The notes under the pieces were generated by a model. That model did no database searches. It was not told the origin of the DNA and saw only the letters and a program-made list of their open reading frames with translations. A stretch of 64,000 nucleotides of DNA from Octopus vulgaris (taxonomy: Eukaryota): assembly GCA_951406725.2 (NCBI GenBank), contig OX597835.1:47058001-47122000 (forward strand). Direction: 5' to 3'. The position numbers and the translations under genes were made by a program. Positions 27,775-40,795 of the stretch are shown in pieces; the stretch's first letter is position 1; each line of letters opens with the position of its first letter.

Positions 27775-28302
27775 TACGTACCTGAGAGGCTTCATTGCAA
27801 CAGATTCTCCAAGGCATTCGTGGAAAAAGCTTGCCCCTAGGTGCAGCTAAGTAGGACCGAACTCAACACACTGCGGTTTCAAATCGAGCTTCTTAACAAA
27901 CCCAAACTTGGGCCTATTGCATACCTATCGACTTATAACCAGAAAATGGTTGTTTTTGTGACTCTATTAGATTATGAGTGAGTGTACGTGTGTGTGTGTG
28001 TGTACGTGTGTGTGTGTGTGTGTGTGTCTGTGTGTGCGCGCGTGTGTGTTTGTGTAGTTGTGTGTGTGTGTGTGTGTGCTTGTTTGTTTGTGCCTCTATT
28101 TATCTAACCTATTTATTTGTCTCTACTTGCAACACAAATCTAACGATCTCCCGAACAATCTCTCACGTTCTCCTCTTCTCTCTTCCTCTTTCATTCTCTT
28201 ACTCTTTCCTTTCTCCACTCTCCCTCCTTCTCTCTTCCTTTCTCTCTTTCATTCTCTCCCTCTTTCTCTCTCTCTCCTTCTCTCGCTCTTTCTGCGTACA
28301 TG

Positions 28303-28348
<46 letters not shown>

Positions 28349-28504
28349 CGTGTTTTATATTTCGTGTTTTATTTTTTTACTTATGCCAGTTACCGGACTG
28401 CGAGCGGGACTGCGGCCATGCTGGGGCGCCGCTTTGAGGGGTTTAGTCGAACGAATTAACCCCAGGCAATTACTGTTAAAGGCTTTTCTTACAGAACTGC
28501 TGAA

Positions 28505-28708
28505 GTTCATTCGTCTCACACTCTGTGACCTCTTCAGTGACTCGCTGCCCCATGTGTCCCCTCTTGCTCTGCTGATTCCAAAGAGGAGACACATGCGGCA
28601 GAGAGTCACAGATGAGGTCACAAAATATGTGACGCAAGAACTTTGACAAATAAACTAAAAATAATACGAATAAAGTGAACATCAAATAAATAGTGTTTAA
28701 TTGGCAAA
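28505..28708. repeat. Fold-back hairpin, second member of the 2548-2854 family
   Basis: 28505-28565 vs reverse complement of 28581-28641: 50/61 identical, ungapped; shares tctgtgacctcttc and the gtgttta(a/t)ttggcaaa end with the first element. Confidence 0.8.
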
Positions 28709-28802
28709 TAACTTATTATACTCAAGTATAAATAAATATATGTATGTGTGTGTGTGTATGTGTGTGTGTGTGTGTGTTTAAATATATATATACATATATA
28801 TG

Positions 28803-29395
<593 letters not shown>

Positions 29396-29469
29396 AATAA
29401 TAATAATAATAATTATAATTATAATAATTGGCCCTTTTCGTCTATGCAGACGGTCAATTTAGCTTAGAG

Positions 29470-29820
29470 TTCCCTTAATCGAACATATCAGGGGCTCCCT
29501 TTCTTGCAGCTTCTTTCAGGGCTGATTCTTCCTACGATTGAAGCACAGCTTCTGTCACAGTACTTGCTTACCAAGAGGCTGGCTCGGCACTCTGCATTTC
29601 TGTTGTCTTCCTTTCGCCGCTGTCGCTTCTTGTTTTCGCAACTTGTTTTCTTCTGTAGCTGCTCCCTAGCGAAGCAGTTCCTTCTTTCACCACAGTCCTC
29701 CATCTTGTTCTGCCCTCAGCCCTCTCTTCCCAGGTGCTGACATCCACCTCAGTTTTGGTCTTCCTCTTGGTCTCTTGCCCTGGGCCAGTTCTCCATAGAG
29801 CAGTTGCTTCGGGATTCGAT
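29470..29820 (-). mobile_element. RTE-clade LINE 3' fragment
   Basis: RIPKQLLYGELAQGKRPRGRPKLRW is the typical RTE/BovB-like post-RT C-terminal motif. Confidence 0.8.
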
Positions 29821-29821
29821 G

Positions 29822-29884
<63 letters not shown>

Positions 29885-30207
29885 AAATATGGGTGTGTGT
29901 GTGTATGTTTGAATGTATGTATGTATGTATGTATGTATGTTTGTATGTATGTATGTATGTTTGTATGTATGCATGTATATGTATGCATGTATATGTATAT
30001 ATATATATATATATAATTTCAACAATTGAGGGTAAAATTAATTAATTATTAATCAATTTCACCAAGTATTCAGTATGTAAAGGGACCATTTTAGGCGAAT
30101 TCAAAATATTACATTATATATAAGGGCTTAGTAAAATAAATTACTTTGCCACATACTGAACTCGTTAGAAATAGCAGCTAAAGAAATTTCTTCAGCTATT
30201 TCTAATA

Positions 30208-30279
<72 letters not shown>

Positions 30280-30760
30280 AATGGATGTTTTGCAATCAAC
30301 TGTCAGATGCAAGGGCTACCAGTTGAACGCTCCACATACCGGATATTAGCAGATTTATGGGGTCATCAGGAAAGAATGCGCACCGTTTTGGAGCCTTCCT
30401 CTCGACGGCATCCTTGCGCACCGCCCCACAAGCTGCTACATCAACTGGCTATCAGATATAGCTCAACATTCTTCCAGCCATTGCTCATCACCTTTTTTTA
30501 CCCAAATCCAGTGGATTGCCTTCTTCTCCGTAAGTCTGGATATCATTAATGGTGGTAGTTGCTTTACGAATTGTTAGGCCAACAGTCCCCCTTACACGTG
30601 TGTCCAACGTATCCTCTACATCCATCTTTGATTGAAAAATATTCCGCTTTCCAGCCTGCCTCTTCACTATTCTTCGAGAAGGTTTTATAACGGTCAATTT
30701 TTCGAGCTTGAGCGGCGTCCATGCTATCTTTATGAGAAATGTATGTACGACGACAGGGGT
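30280..30760 (-). mobile_element. Highly decayed retroelement 3' region (possibly PLE GIY-YIG, possibly RTE)
   Basis: YFSIKDGCRGYVGHT weakly resembles GIY-YIG; another frame (LEKLTVI...GLTIRKATTTINDIQT) resembles an RTE end; runs into (TA)n. Ambiguous. Confidence 0.35.
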
Positions 30761-30761
30761 C

Positions 30762-31400
30762 CCAGCTGACAACAAAACATCCAGATAGACAATACAAAGA
30801 AAGCAAGGACGGGTCATTTTCTTTCCTCAGTCGAGTTCCAGATTATCTTTGCAATTTCGGCTGGTCATACACGAGATTGCTCCAATCTGGCCAGCTCCAA
30901 AGAAAAACTAAGCTAAGAGCATTAGATTCCTTGGAAGAAAGGACGGAAAAACAACGGAGAATGTTATACAAATACAAATAACAGGACATAACAACGGGTG
31001 TCTTTCGACTAAGGACGAATTAAATTAAGCTGGCGTGTGTGGAAATAAAGCCTTACGGCAGGGATACAAGGGTTTCACAGGCACAGGGAGGAATATCGAT
31101 GTTCCACGGAAGACGACCGAACCAAAAAGGAAAGATCAGGCTTGGTCGAACACCGGTCACTGGGGAGAGAAGAGAGAGAGGTAGCGGCAGAGAGACAGAA
31201 GAAGGAGGGGCGAAAAAAAATGACAGGGACACAGTAAAGGGAAAAGAGGAGGGAAAGTGAGCAGGAAGAGAAGACAGGGAAATGTGAGAAAGGGGAAACG
31301 AAAGAACGAAGGGTGGAATGAACGAATAAGCGTGAAAGGACTGATAGCAAGAAAGAATAGAGTCGTACAAGATTTAGATAAATATATATTTACATATAAG
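30762..31400. mobile_element. Interspersed repeat, (TA)n-associated family
   Basis: acaacaaaacatccagatagac...ttcctcagtcgagttccagatta is shared with a second copy at 31650-31805. Confidence 0.6.
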
Positions 31401-31419
31401 AGACAAAAGTGTACGTACA

Positions 31420-31468
<49 letters not shown>

Positions 31469-31611
31469 TATATATAGAAAATAGTAAAAAGTGAAAAAAC
31501 TACAGAAGGCTTAAAGGTTAAAAAATATATATTTGAGTCAATATATATTTTTTAACCTTTAAGCCTTCTGTAGTTTTTTCACTTTTTACTATTTTCTATA
31601 TATTCAACCAC
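31469..31611. repeat. About 140-bp near-perfect palindrome next to (TA)n
   Basis: tatatagaaaatagtaaaaagtgaaaaaactacagaaggcttaaaggttaaaaaatatata and its exact reverse complement, centred at about 31537. Confidence 0.9.
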
Positions 31612-32507
31612 GTGCTTTCTCAAACCAACTTTCTTATCTATATATATATATATATATATATAATACAAAATGGGAAAAGAACGCTAAACATCCGGACAGC
31701 TAGGTGATACAAAGAAGGGACAACAAAACATCCAGATAGACCATACAAAGAAAACAAGGACGAGTCATTTAGAGCGTTCTTTCCTCAGTCGAGTTCCAGA
31801 TTAGCGATCGGGATGGCGTGAAACTTCAATTGGGAGACGGACTCCCAGTTTCCGTTTCATTAAAAAAATGTTGTGAGTGGGTGTGTATGTGTGTGTGTGT
31901 GTGGGTGGGTGGGTGTGTGGGTAAGTGTGTGTGTATGTGTGTGTGCACTCATACATAGATGCATACATGTGCACACACATACGCAGAGACACACGCATGT
32001 ACACGAGCACATACATATACATATACGCGTATGCGCAAATACACTCAATTAACCACGAACATAGACACAAACACTCACACTAATACATACACACACATAT
32101 ACACACACATACACGTTCCTACGTTCCTACGCTCATACGTGCGCACACATGTACACACGCTCACACTCACAAACATACACCGGTTGGTCAAACACAAATT
32201 TATCTGATCCACAACGTGTTAGTCTGTTTTGCAATTAGCACACCTATCAATGGATAATTAACTTTATTGACCAGGTGAGGCAGGTGAGAATTTGTAGTGA
32301 TCACGTTGTGTTTTCACCTATTTAAAATCGAGCGAACGACAACACGATTTTATGTGGTCGCGTAACTTGCTAGAAACATCAGCCACATCTCCATCATAGC
32401 ACAACTTCTCAAAATTGTTGAACACATTGAATAATGTAATCCAAGATAAACTGTGTTTGAAAAGATTACATGAATAGTTACTTCTCTCTCTCTCTCTCTC
32501 TCTCTCT

Positions 32508-32566
<59 letters not shown>

Positions 32567-32567
32567 C

Positions 32568-32599
<32 letters not shown>

Positions 32600-32619
32600 G
32601 ATATATATATGTGTGTGTG

Positions 32620-32677
<58 letters not shown>

Positions 32678-32908
32678 GTGTGTGTGTGAGAGAAAAAATA
32701 AGTTCAAAAAGAACAATTCAAATTTTTTGAGGAATCCAAAAAGAGAAAAAATAATTTCCAATAAAAATTCATTATATTCATAAAAATCAACCTGAACAAG
32801 TATTAAGAATATGAAAATAACAATTGAAAATATTCGTTACAGCTATAAAGATACCATAAACAAGTATAAAAATACAGAAAATATATTAAAATCAAAATTG
32901 AATTCAAT

Positions 32909-33002
32909 ACATACGCACGTTTCAAATGACAATACAAATATTTAAGAAGGAATTATAATAATAATTATAATTAAAGTTATGCATTGTCATTCTCATCAGT
33001 GT
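32909..33002 (-). ncRNA. Type I hammerhead ribozyme, canonical core
   Basis: Minus aca CTGATGA gaatgacaat..(loop)..attgtcattt GAAAC gtgc GTA tgt: 10-pair stem II; inverted partial copy at 33046-33158. Confidence 0.75.
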
Positions 33003-33153
33003 GAAGAATTTTAATAAAATTCAATAAGGAAAAACAGATGTTTTTTGAAACGTGCGTATGTATTGAATTCAATTTTGTATTAAATTCAATTTTGATTTTA
33101 ACATATATTCTTCATTTTTATACTTGTTTATGGTATCTTTATACCTGTAACGA

Positions 33154-33193
<40 letters not shown>

Positions 33194-33224
33194 TAATTTT
33201 CGTACATATTATATATAGTTTAAT

Positions 33225-33515
33225 AGTGTACTCATTAGATTTTATTTGTGTTTAAATGAGAGTTGAGTTCTTGACAACTTTAGTACCTCTATTATACCGC
33301 ACGTTCGGATGGTGTGTCTTCGACAATAACGTACCTCTACTCAACTACCAAACTCTCACTTCCGACGACTCGACTCAACAGAACTCTACGTCTGGTCCAC
33401 TCACGGCTCTGACTCGCTCTACGCGACGCTTCTGTGACTCGCTATCACGTCCACTATTTATACCTATTGGTCTAGGCTACTTGTTGTCTGGGGGGGGGGC
33501 GGTCCCACAACAACC
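33225..33515 (-). mobile_element. Possible solo LTR or element promoter (CCAAT-TATA...AATAAA)
   Basis: Minus tgttgtgggaccg...gaccaataggtataaatagtgg...cacaaataaaatc; GC/CpG-richer than its flanks. Confidence 0.35.
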
Positions 33516-33643
33516 TCTTAGAACGCTACAACCAGCTGAATTTTTAGAATACCTTTTTTGACCAATCCGCATGCTCTTAAACATCACGGTTTTCCAGGCG
33601 TACCGATATTCTGTAACCTGTTTATACTTAATAATCCACATCA

Positions 33644-34645
33644 TTAACTGGTTGTTATATTATTGTTATTTCCATTCAGAACAGGTTTGAACATTTTAAT
33701 AAATCGTTTTTCTTTCATCTTTCTTCCAGCCTCACTTGTGTCATGTAGTCTGTAGAAAGGAAAAATTAGAAACATTTTCTGACCACATGTCTTTATATGT
33801 TCGCTCAATGGAATTTGGCGAACGTTGACGTTCAGGATTTGTTGTCTGTGGACTCGTGAGCGTTCCGATAAGGCATTCCTTGTCTCGCCTATATATAATT
33901 CTTCGCAATTCGGACATTTAATGCAGTAGATCAAATTTCTGCTTTTGCAGTTCACATCTGCATTTGCGACAATCTGTTCATTTTTTGTACTAATGGATCT
34001 ACTAGTATGCATGTATTGACACGTTCCGCATCTGTTATCATTACACTTGGTTACTGTGAATGCTTTATCCTCTTTGTTCATGTTCAATTTTGTCTTTGTT
34101 AATAGTTTCTTCAGGTTATTTGGTTGCCTTTTGCTTAAGATAAGTGTTTCATTAGTTATGACTTTTTCTTATTTTTCACTTTGTTTCATAATTGGCAAAT
34201 TTGTCTTGATGATGTTAAAAATGATTTGGCGATGCAGATTGCGTGTTACTAGAAATGGTACTGTGTTCCTTTGATGGGTTCGTCTTTCTCGTGTTGCCCT
34301 AAGTTGTTCTATAGGTATCTCTTTTGCTCGTTGTATGCTATTTTCTATAAGTAGCAGAGGGTATTTTTGCTTCAACACAGAAATCTTTTCAGTTCTATAA
34401 GTCGTGTGTTTCTAGTATTTGGATCATCGAATATAGTACGAATTTTCCCGTCTAGACAGTATGGGATGTTGCGTTTTGTGTGTGTTGAGTGACATGATTT
34501 GAAATTTAGCTACTAGTGTACATCTGTGCTTTGTAATAAATACCAGTTGTGATGCTGGTGTTGATTTTAATTACCACTATGTCAAGAAATGGTAATTCTG
34601 TGTTGCTCACTTCTCTTATTATTCTATACACATTCACACAAATTC
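33644..34645 (-). mobile_element. Penelope-like retroelement, 5'-truncated: RT end, thumb/linker and GIY-YIG endonuclease
   Basis: ELPFLDIVV...TGIYYK; SCHSTHTKRNIPYCL; LKQKYPLLLIENSIQRAK; KCNDNRCGTCQY linker; NCKSRNLIYCIKCPNCEELYIGET...R..HR...EKRFIKMFKPVLN. There are frameshifts between the blocks. Confidence 0.9.
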
Positions 34646-34646
34646 G

Positions 34647-34708
<62 letters not shown>

Positions 34709-34966
34709 AGAGAGAGAAAGAGAGAGAGAAGTAACTATTCATGTAATCTTTTCATACATATATATATGTTATTTTTATAAACTAAATTAGTTATTCAATT
34801 TCGTCGCTCTTGGTTGAATGAATGTCTAAAGTTAAATTTGGTTTCGGGTTTGGTTTTCTTAGCGATTTTTGAAAGCTAAATTTTTTTCGGATGTTAGAAT
34901 TTCACCAATATGGATTACCTTGATAATGCGGTGGTGACATAAATTTTCGTACATATATACATATAT

Positions 34967-35032
<66 letters not shown>

Positions 35033-35210
35033 CAAATAAGAAAATGGAGAAAAAATTTAGTTGGTTTATCAGCTTTAGGATATTAGAATGTTGACTTATT
35101 TATTTATTTAAGAAAACGAGAATCATCATAACATACATATATAGATTAAAATTCAATACATATGCAATTATAAAAACCTTAATATAAATTATTGGAATCA
35201 TTAAAATCAT

Positions 35211-35333
35211 TCTTACAGCTGTTTCAGCCTATGGAAAAAAGTAGTTTACAGTGCCTATAGTTGTCAATTATATTGAGGTTGTAGGCATTTAAAAATGGGG
35301 TACTTATATATAACCCATAGGCCTCGTCAGAGA
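35211..35333 (-). ncRNA. Type I hammerhead ribozyme, canonical core, long stem II loop
   Basis: Minus tct CTGACGA ggcctatgg..(about 83 nt)..ccataggct GAAAC agct GTA aga: palindromic stem III acagctgt; downstream sequence runs to (TA)n at about 35030. Confidence 0.75.
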
Positions 35334-35579
35334 TTATAAAGAACTTTAAAAATATAAATATATACATGAAACAGGATACACGTACAATTTATTATATATG
35401 AATACAAAAAACATATATTCATATACACATACACATATATATATATACATATATAAGCAAAGTATATACACCTTTACATGTGTATAAATAGATAGATAGA
35501 TTGATATATATATATATAGAGAGATAGATAGATAGAGAGAGAGAGAGAAAGATAGATAGATAGAGAGTGAGAGATAAAC

Positions 35580-35667
<88 letters not shown>

Positions 35668-36248
35668 TGATAGATAGATAAAGAGATATTGTGGTGAAAG
35701 TGGAGGTGGCGATAAAGTGAAGCTCTTGTCATTGATAACGATGACGACGATGATGATTATGATCATTACGGCGACGGCGACGAAACGATGATGATGGTGG
35801 TGATGATGATGATGACGACAACGACGACGAAGAAGAAGAAGAAGAAGAAGAAGAAGAAGAAGAAGAAGGAGGAGGAGGAGGAGGAGAAGAAGAAGAAGAA
35901 GAAGAAGAAGAAGAAGAAGAAGAAGAAGAGTCCCACGACGACAACGACGATCGAATGTCCAGTGTTCTGGGGTCGGCCTCCTTGCTTTCAATTTGACTGC
36001 ATCGTTGCCTCTATTACCATTTTCTCTCACCAGATGGCGGCAGTAACAGTATTCCTCTTGTATGTCCATTGTAGAGAGAGTCGCGCGCCAATTCTAGCAC
36101 GCTGCGAGATGTGCGGCACATGTAATTAGACCGGGACTCTCCACCACAATAACGTGGATGTATACACACACACACACACACACAATATGGGGATATACAG
36201 GTATTTGTGTGTGTGTGTGTACATACACATTAGATAGATAGATATAAG

Positions 36249-36356
<108 letters not shown>

Positions 36357-36421
36357 GCATATATATGCACATATATATGTTTACAAATATATATGAGTAT
36401 GAATACTTACACAGACGTATA

Positions 36422-36475
<54 letters not shown>

Positions 36476-36582
36476 ATTTATAAAACCAGTGTACGAGAAA
36501 GACGCAACTGAGGGGTGGGGCCGAAATGTATATGAACTTTTATATTAGGAGAAAAAAAGCATGTATGCATGTACACACACAT

Positions 36583-36689
<107 letters not shown>

Positions 36690-37459
36690 ATTATGTACAT
36701 AGACTCACGCCCCTTCGTTCTTAACATCTCTCAAATTAATTGAACAGTACAAGAGCCGGTCTGTAATCAAGCGAGGTCTCCATTGTAAATGATTCTAACT
36801 AACAATAAAGTCATCCAACTGCTGAACTTTGAAGAAGCTAAGAAAAAGCTTGTCTGCTCCAACCGAGCGCTGAATAAGGCCTGTGACAGTGTCGAAGCGC
36901 ACTCACACACACACATATATGCATGTATGTATGTATGTATGTATGTATGTATGTATGTATGTATGTATGTATGTATATATATATCTATATATGTATGTAT
37001 GACTATATATATATATCTATATATGTATGTATGACTATATATATACCTATATATGTATATATCTATCTATCTATATATATGTATGTATGTATCCATATCT
37101 ATTCATTCATCAATCTATATATGTGTGTGTGTGCGCGCGCATGTGTGAGCAGTCGCGCGAAGCAATGGTGGAACATGGTTACAGTAAAGTTTAAATATGT
37201 TTGGGACCTATTTCAACTTGTAACTGCTATTTTACTGCAGTTAAACGTCTACAAGAATTCATGCTTTTAGTAAGAAAACGTTGGAACGCCATTTCTAGCT
37301 TGTTAGTCGTCCTCAGTAATATATACCGAGAGAGGCGACTCTGAGCTGATTGCAAAGATTTAGCTTCATAAAAAGCATCAGTAAATATCTTTTACTAATT
37401 TGGGCTGGTAGTTTTGAATACGTATATGCGGGCAATATTTGTGAAATTTCGTAGAGCAT

Positions 37460-37693
37460 ATACTCTTACTCTTTTACTCTTTTACTTGTTTCAGTCATTT
37501 GACTGCGGCCATGCTGGAGCACCGCCTTTAGTCGACCAAATTGACCCCGGGACTTATTCTTTGTAAGCCCAGTACTTATTCTATCGGTCTCTTTTGCCGA
37601 ACCGCTGAGTGACGGGGATGTAAACACACCAACATCGGTTGTCAAGCAATGCTAGGGGGACAAACACAGACACACAAACACACACACACATAC

Positions 37694-37734
<41 letters not shown>

Positions 37735-37905
37735 CGACAGGCTTCTTTCAGTTTCCGTCTACCAAATCCACTCACAAGGCTTTATTCAGCCCGGGGCTAT
37801 AGCAGAAGACACTTGCTCAAGACGCCATGCAGTGGGACTGAACCCGGAACCATGTAAGCTACTTACCATGTAAGCTACTTACCACACAGCCACTCCTGCG
37901 CCTAT
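37460..37905 (-). mobile_element. SINE family A, full length
   Basis: Complete head and tail; small tandem duplication in the head (ccatgtaagctactta x2). Confidence 0.9.
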
Positions 37906-37974
37906 ATATTGTAAAAAATTACATAATGTAGAAAGAGTGATTCATTGACTACAATTTATTGTACATACGAAAGG

Positions 37975-39070
37975 TAATGAAACTTGTAAATATTTTAGGA
38001 GGGACAAATATGCTTTGTGGATTGTCTCACGCAAATGTGTCCAGCAATGTCAAGGGACTTTCAAATTTCGTGGTCATATTCTTTGCATATGCGCGTTGCA
38101 CTTCCGGATTTTCATTCTACTGCTGTCCTGTATTTTTGGTACAATTCTACCAACTTCCTTCCACTTCAGTCTCACTGCATGTGATATATCTCAATATGCT
38201 GTTAGTAAAGCAGTTATCCACTCACCATCTCGTGCCTATGCAGACAACTTCTATCTGCGGCGAGCTGGCAGAATCGTTAGCACGCCGGGCGAAATGCTCA
38301 GCGGTATTTCGTCTGCCGTTACGTTCTGAGTTCAAATTCCGCCGAGGTCGACTTTGCCTTTCATCCTTTCGAGGTCGATTAAGTAAGTACCAGTTACGCA
38401 CTGGGGTCGATATAATCGACTTATCCGTTTGTCTGTCCTTGTTTGTCCTCTCTGTGTTTAGCCCTTTGTGGATAGTAAAGAAATAGGTATTTCGTCTGCC
38501 GTTACGTTCTGAGTTCAAATTCCGCCGAGGTCGACTTTGCCTTTCATCTTTTCGGGGTCGATTAAATAAGTACCAGTTACGCACAGGGGTCGATATAATC
38601 GACTTAATCCCTTTGTTTGTTCTTGTTTGTCCTCTCTGTGTTTAGCCCCTTGTGGGCAATAAAGAAATAAATATTATCCTTACAAGTAGGTTTTTAGTCC
38701 AGAAGATACCCTCTGTTCGACCGTGGATGACATCAGTGGTAAAATCACTTTTCAGGAAACTCGAACAAGGGGTGAGTGTCACGGTCAGATCATATTTGGT
38801 GCATAGCCCGAGTAGACGCTTTGTATCGGTACTAATATCACTTATACGAAAAATCACCTAAAAGTCCAGTCCCATGTTTCGTAATCTCTTCTGACACTTC
38901 GATTAAAATCACCGAGAATAAACAGCTTATCAGTTGCTGGCGCGGCATCTAGCTATCCACGCGATGAATCATGGAAAACTTCCTTTTTATTCTCTTCGTT
39001 TGTCTTCAGTAGAACGTAGCCACTAAAACAGTTTCGATTTCCAGTTACTGCAACTTGCATTTTCATTGGC
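37975..39070 (-). mobile_element. RTE-clade LINE 5' part (AP endonuclease and linker), split by a SINE B dimer
   Basis: LDAAPATDKLFILGDFN (APE GDFN motif) and RLLGLCTKYDLTVT; after the SINE, DNCFTN..VRLKWK and ENPEVQRAYAKNMTTKFE. Confidence 0.75.
38257..38672 (+). mobile_element. SINE family B tandem dimer (one full copy plus a 5'-truncated copy)
   Basis: gtatttcgtctgccgttacgttctgag...aaagaaata occurs twice (about 38303-38487 and 38488-38670). Confidence 0.9.
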
Positions 39071-39329
39071 ACACACAAGCCTACACACCTATGTGTATCA
39101 TGCATACATACATACACACATAGACACACACACATGTGTATATCAGTGAAAACCACACAGACAATACGAGTAAGATTGTGAGTAAAATAAGAGGCAAAAA
39201 GCAAATATTATACGGAATCGAAGAAATGAAAATATGTAAATAAAAGGGTGTAGAAATATAAAGCAAAAGAAACGACCACCAAAGTAGTGTATCCATACAT
39301 GGACACATAGACACACATATATGTATGTC

Positions 39330-39403
<74 letters not shown>

Positions 39404-39860
39404 CGAATCAGGATACACTTCGGTATGGCAGACACACGTGAGTTAAGAATTACAAGTGGAAATAAAAGGAAAGTTTTAAAAGTATAGAAAAATCTACTGG
39501 TGCATGGCCGATGTGCATCGGTGATGGTTGCTGCGTCGTGGGCCGAATGGACCCTAATATTTTCTGATTTTCTGTAGCATCGATGTTGTCTGGCACTGCC
39601 GGGACAATCGATACTGGCAGAAGGTGACGAAATCGAGATGATCACTTGTCGGCAGCTGAGGAAATGAATATCCCGCAGTGCAGTTATAATGCAATGTGTA
39701 TATGCATATGTGTGTGTGCGTGTGTGTGTGTATGTGTGTGTGTGATGTATATGTGTGTGTGTATTTGTGTGTGTTATATATATATATATATATATACATA
39801 TATACAAACACACACATATATGCACGTGTAAGTCTACAAATGTACTTATATACATATGTA

Positions 39861-39891
<31 letters not shown>

Positions 39892-39945
39892 CACATATAT
39901 GCTATGAGTGTGTATATATATATACATGTATCTCTCTCTCTCTCC

Positions 39946-39998
<53 letters not shown>

Positions 39999-40370
39999 AG
40001 TATGTTTGTATGTAGTATGTATATATCCAACTATGTACTGATCGTGTGTGTGTGTGTGTATGTGTGTATGTTTGTATGTGTGTGTGTGTGTGTGTCTTAG
40101 CATGCATGTACGCTTGTCTCGTCTTACCGAACGCTGCACCAAAGACCCGCCATGATGTCAGCGCTAACGGAAACAAGATGTCGATCTACAAATTAATGGG
40201 GGTAACATGTTGATTAATTTCGAGGTTGGAGAGGTTGGGTGGTCTTTGGGTGTATGAGTGGATTCAGGGTGGCTATAGCTACAAATGACCATTGTTATTA
40301 AATAGACGCTGCTGCTGCTGCTGTGTGTGTGTGTGTGTGTGTGTTTGCGAGTATGCGTGTGTATGTATGT

Positions 40371-40415
<45 letters not shown>

Positions 40416-40496
40416 CGGTGCTTGCGTGTTTTCCACTGAAGAGTCAGCTTCTTGCTCTACAGATCTTCATTAATATAGAGAGCAGCTGTATAGGCG

Positions 40497-40634
40497 ATGA
40501 TGGTGATGATGATGATGATGATGATGGTGATTACGGTGATGGTGGTGGTGTTGGTAATGGTGATAGTAGAAGAGCTGATAATGATGTTGATAAAGATGAC
40601 GATGGTGGTGTTAGTGATGTTGGAGATGAGGATT

Positions 40635-40669
<35 letters not shown>

Positions 40670-40704
40670 AGTGAGGATGATGATGATAGTGTTGGTGGTG
40701 GTGG

Positions 40705-40741
<37 letters not shown>

Positions 40742-40761
40742 AGTGTTGGTGGTGGTGGTGG

Positions 40762-40795
<34 letters not shown>

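Noticed and set aside
36709-36883. Minus-strand segment bounded by acceptor-like and gtgagt donor signals
   Set aside because: Stops in all three frames; could only be a non-coding exon and there is no evidence for that.
38222-38242. Minus-strand ATG|gtgagt micro-exon and a death-domain-like peptide nearby
   Set aside because: Better explained as the RTE APE C-terminus and linker.
38698-38771. Apparent plus-strand exon with a strong GG|gtgagt donor; also a strong acceptor at about 39009
   Set aside because: Both lie antisense within the RTE endonuclease relic.
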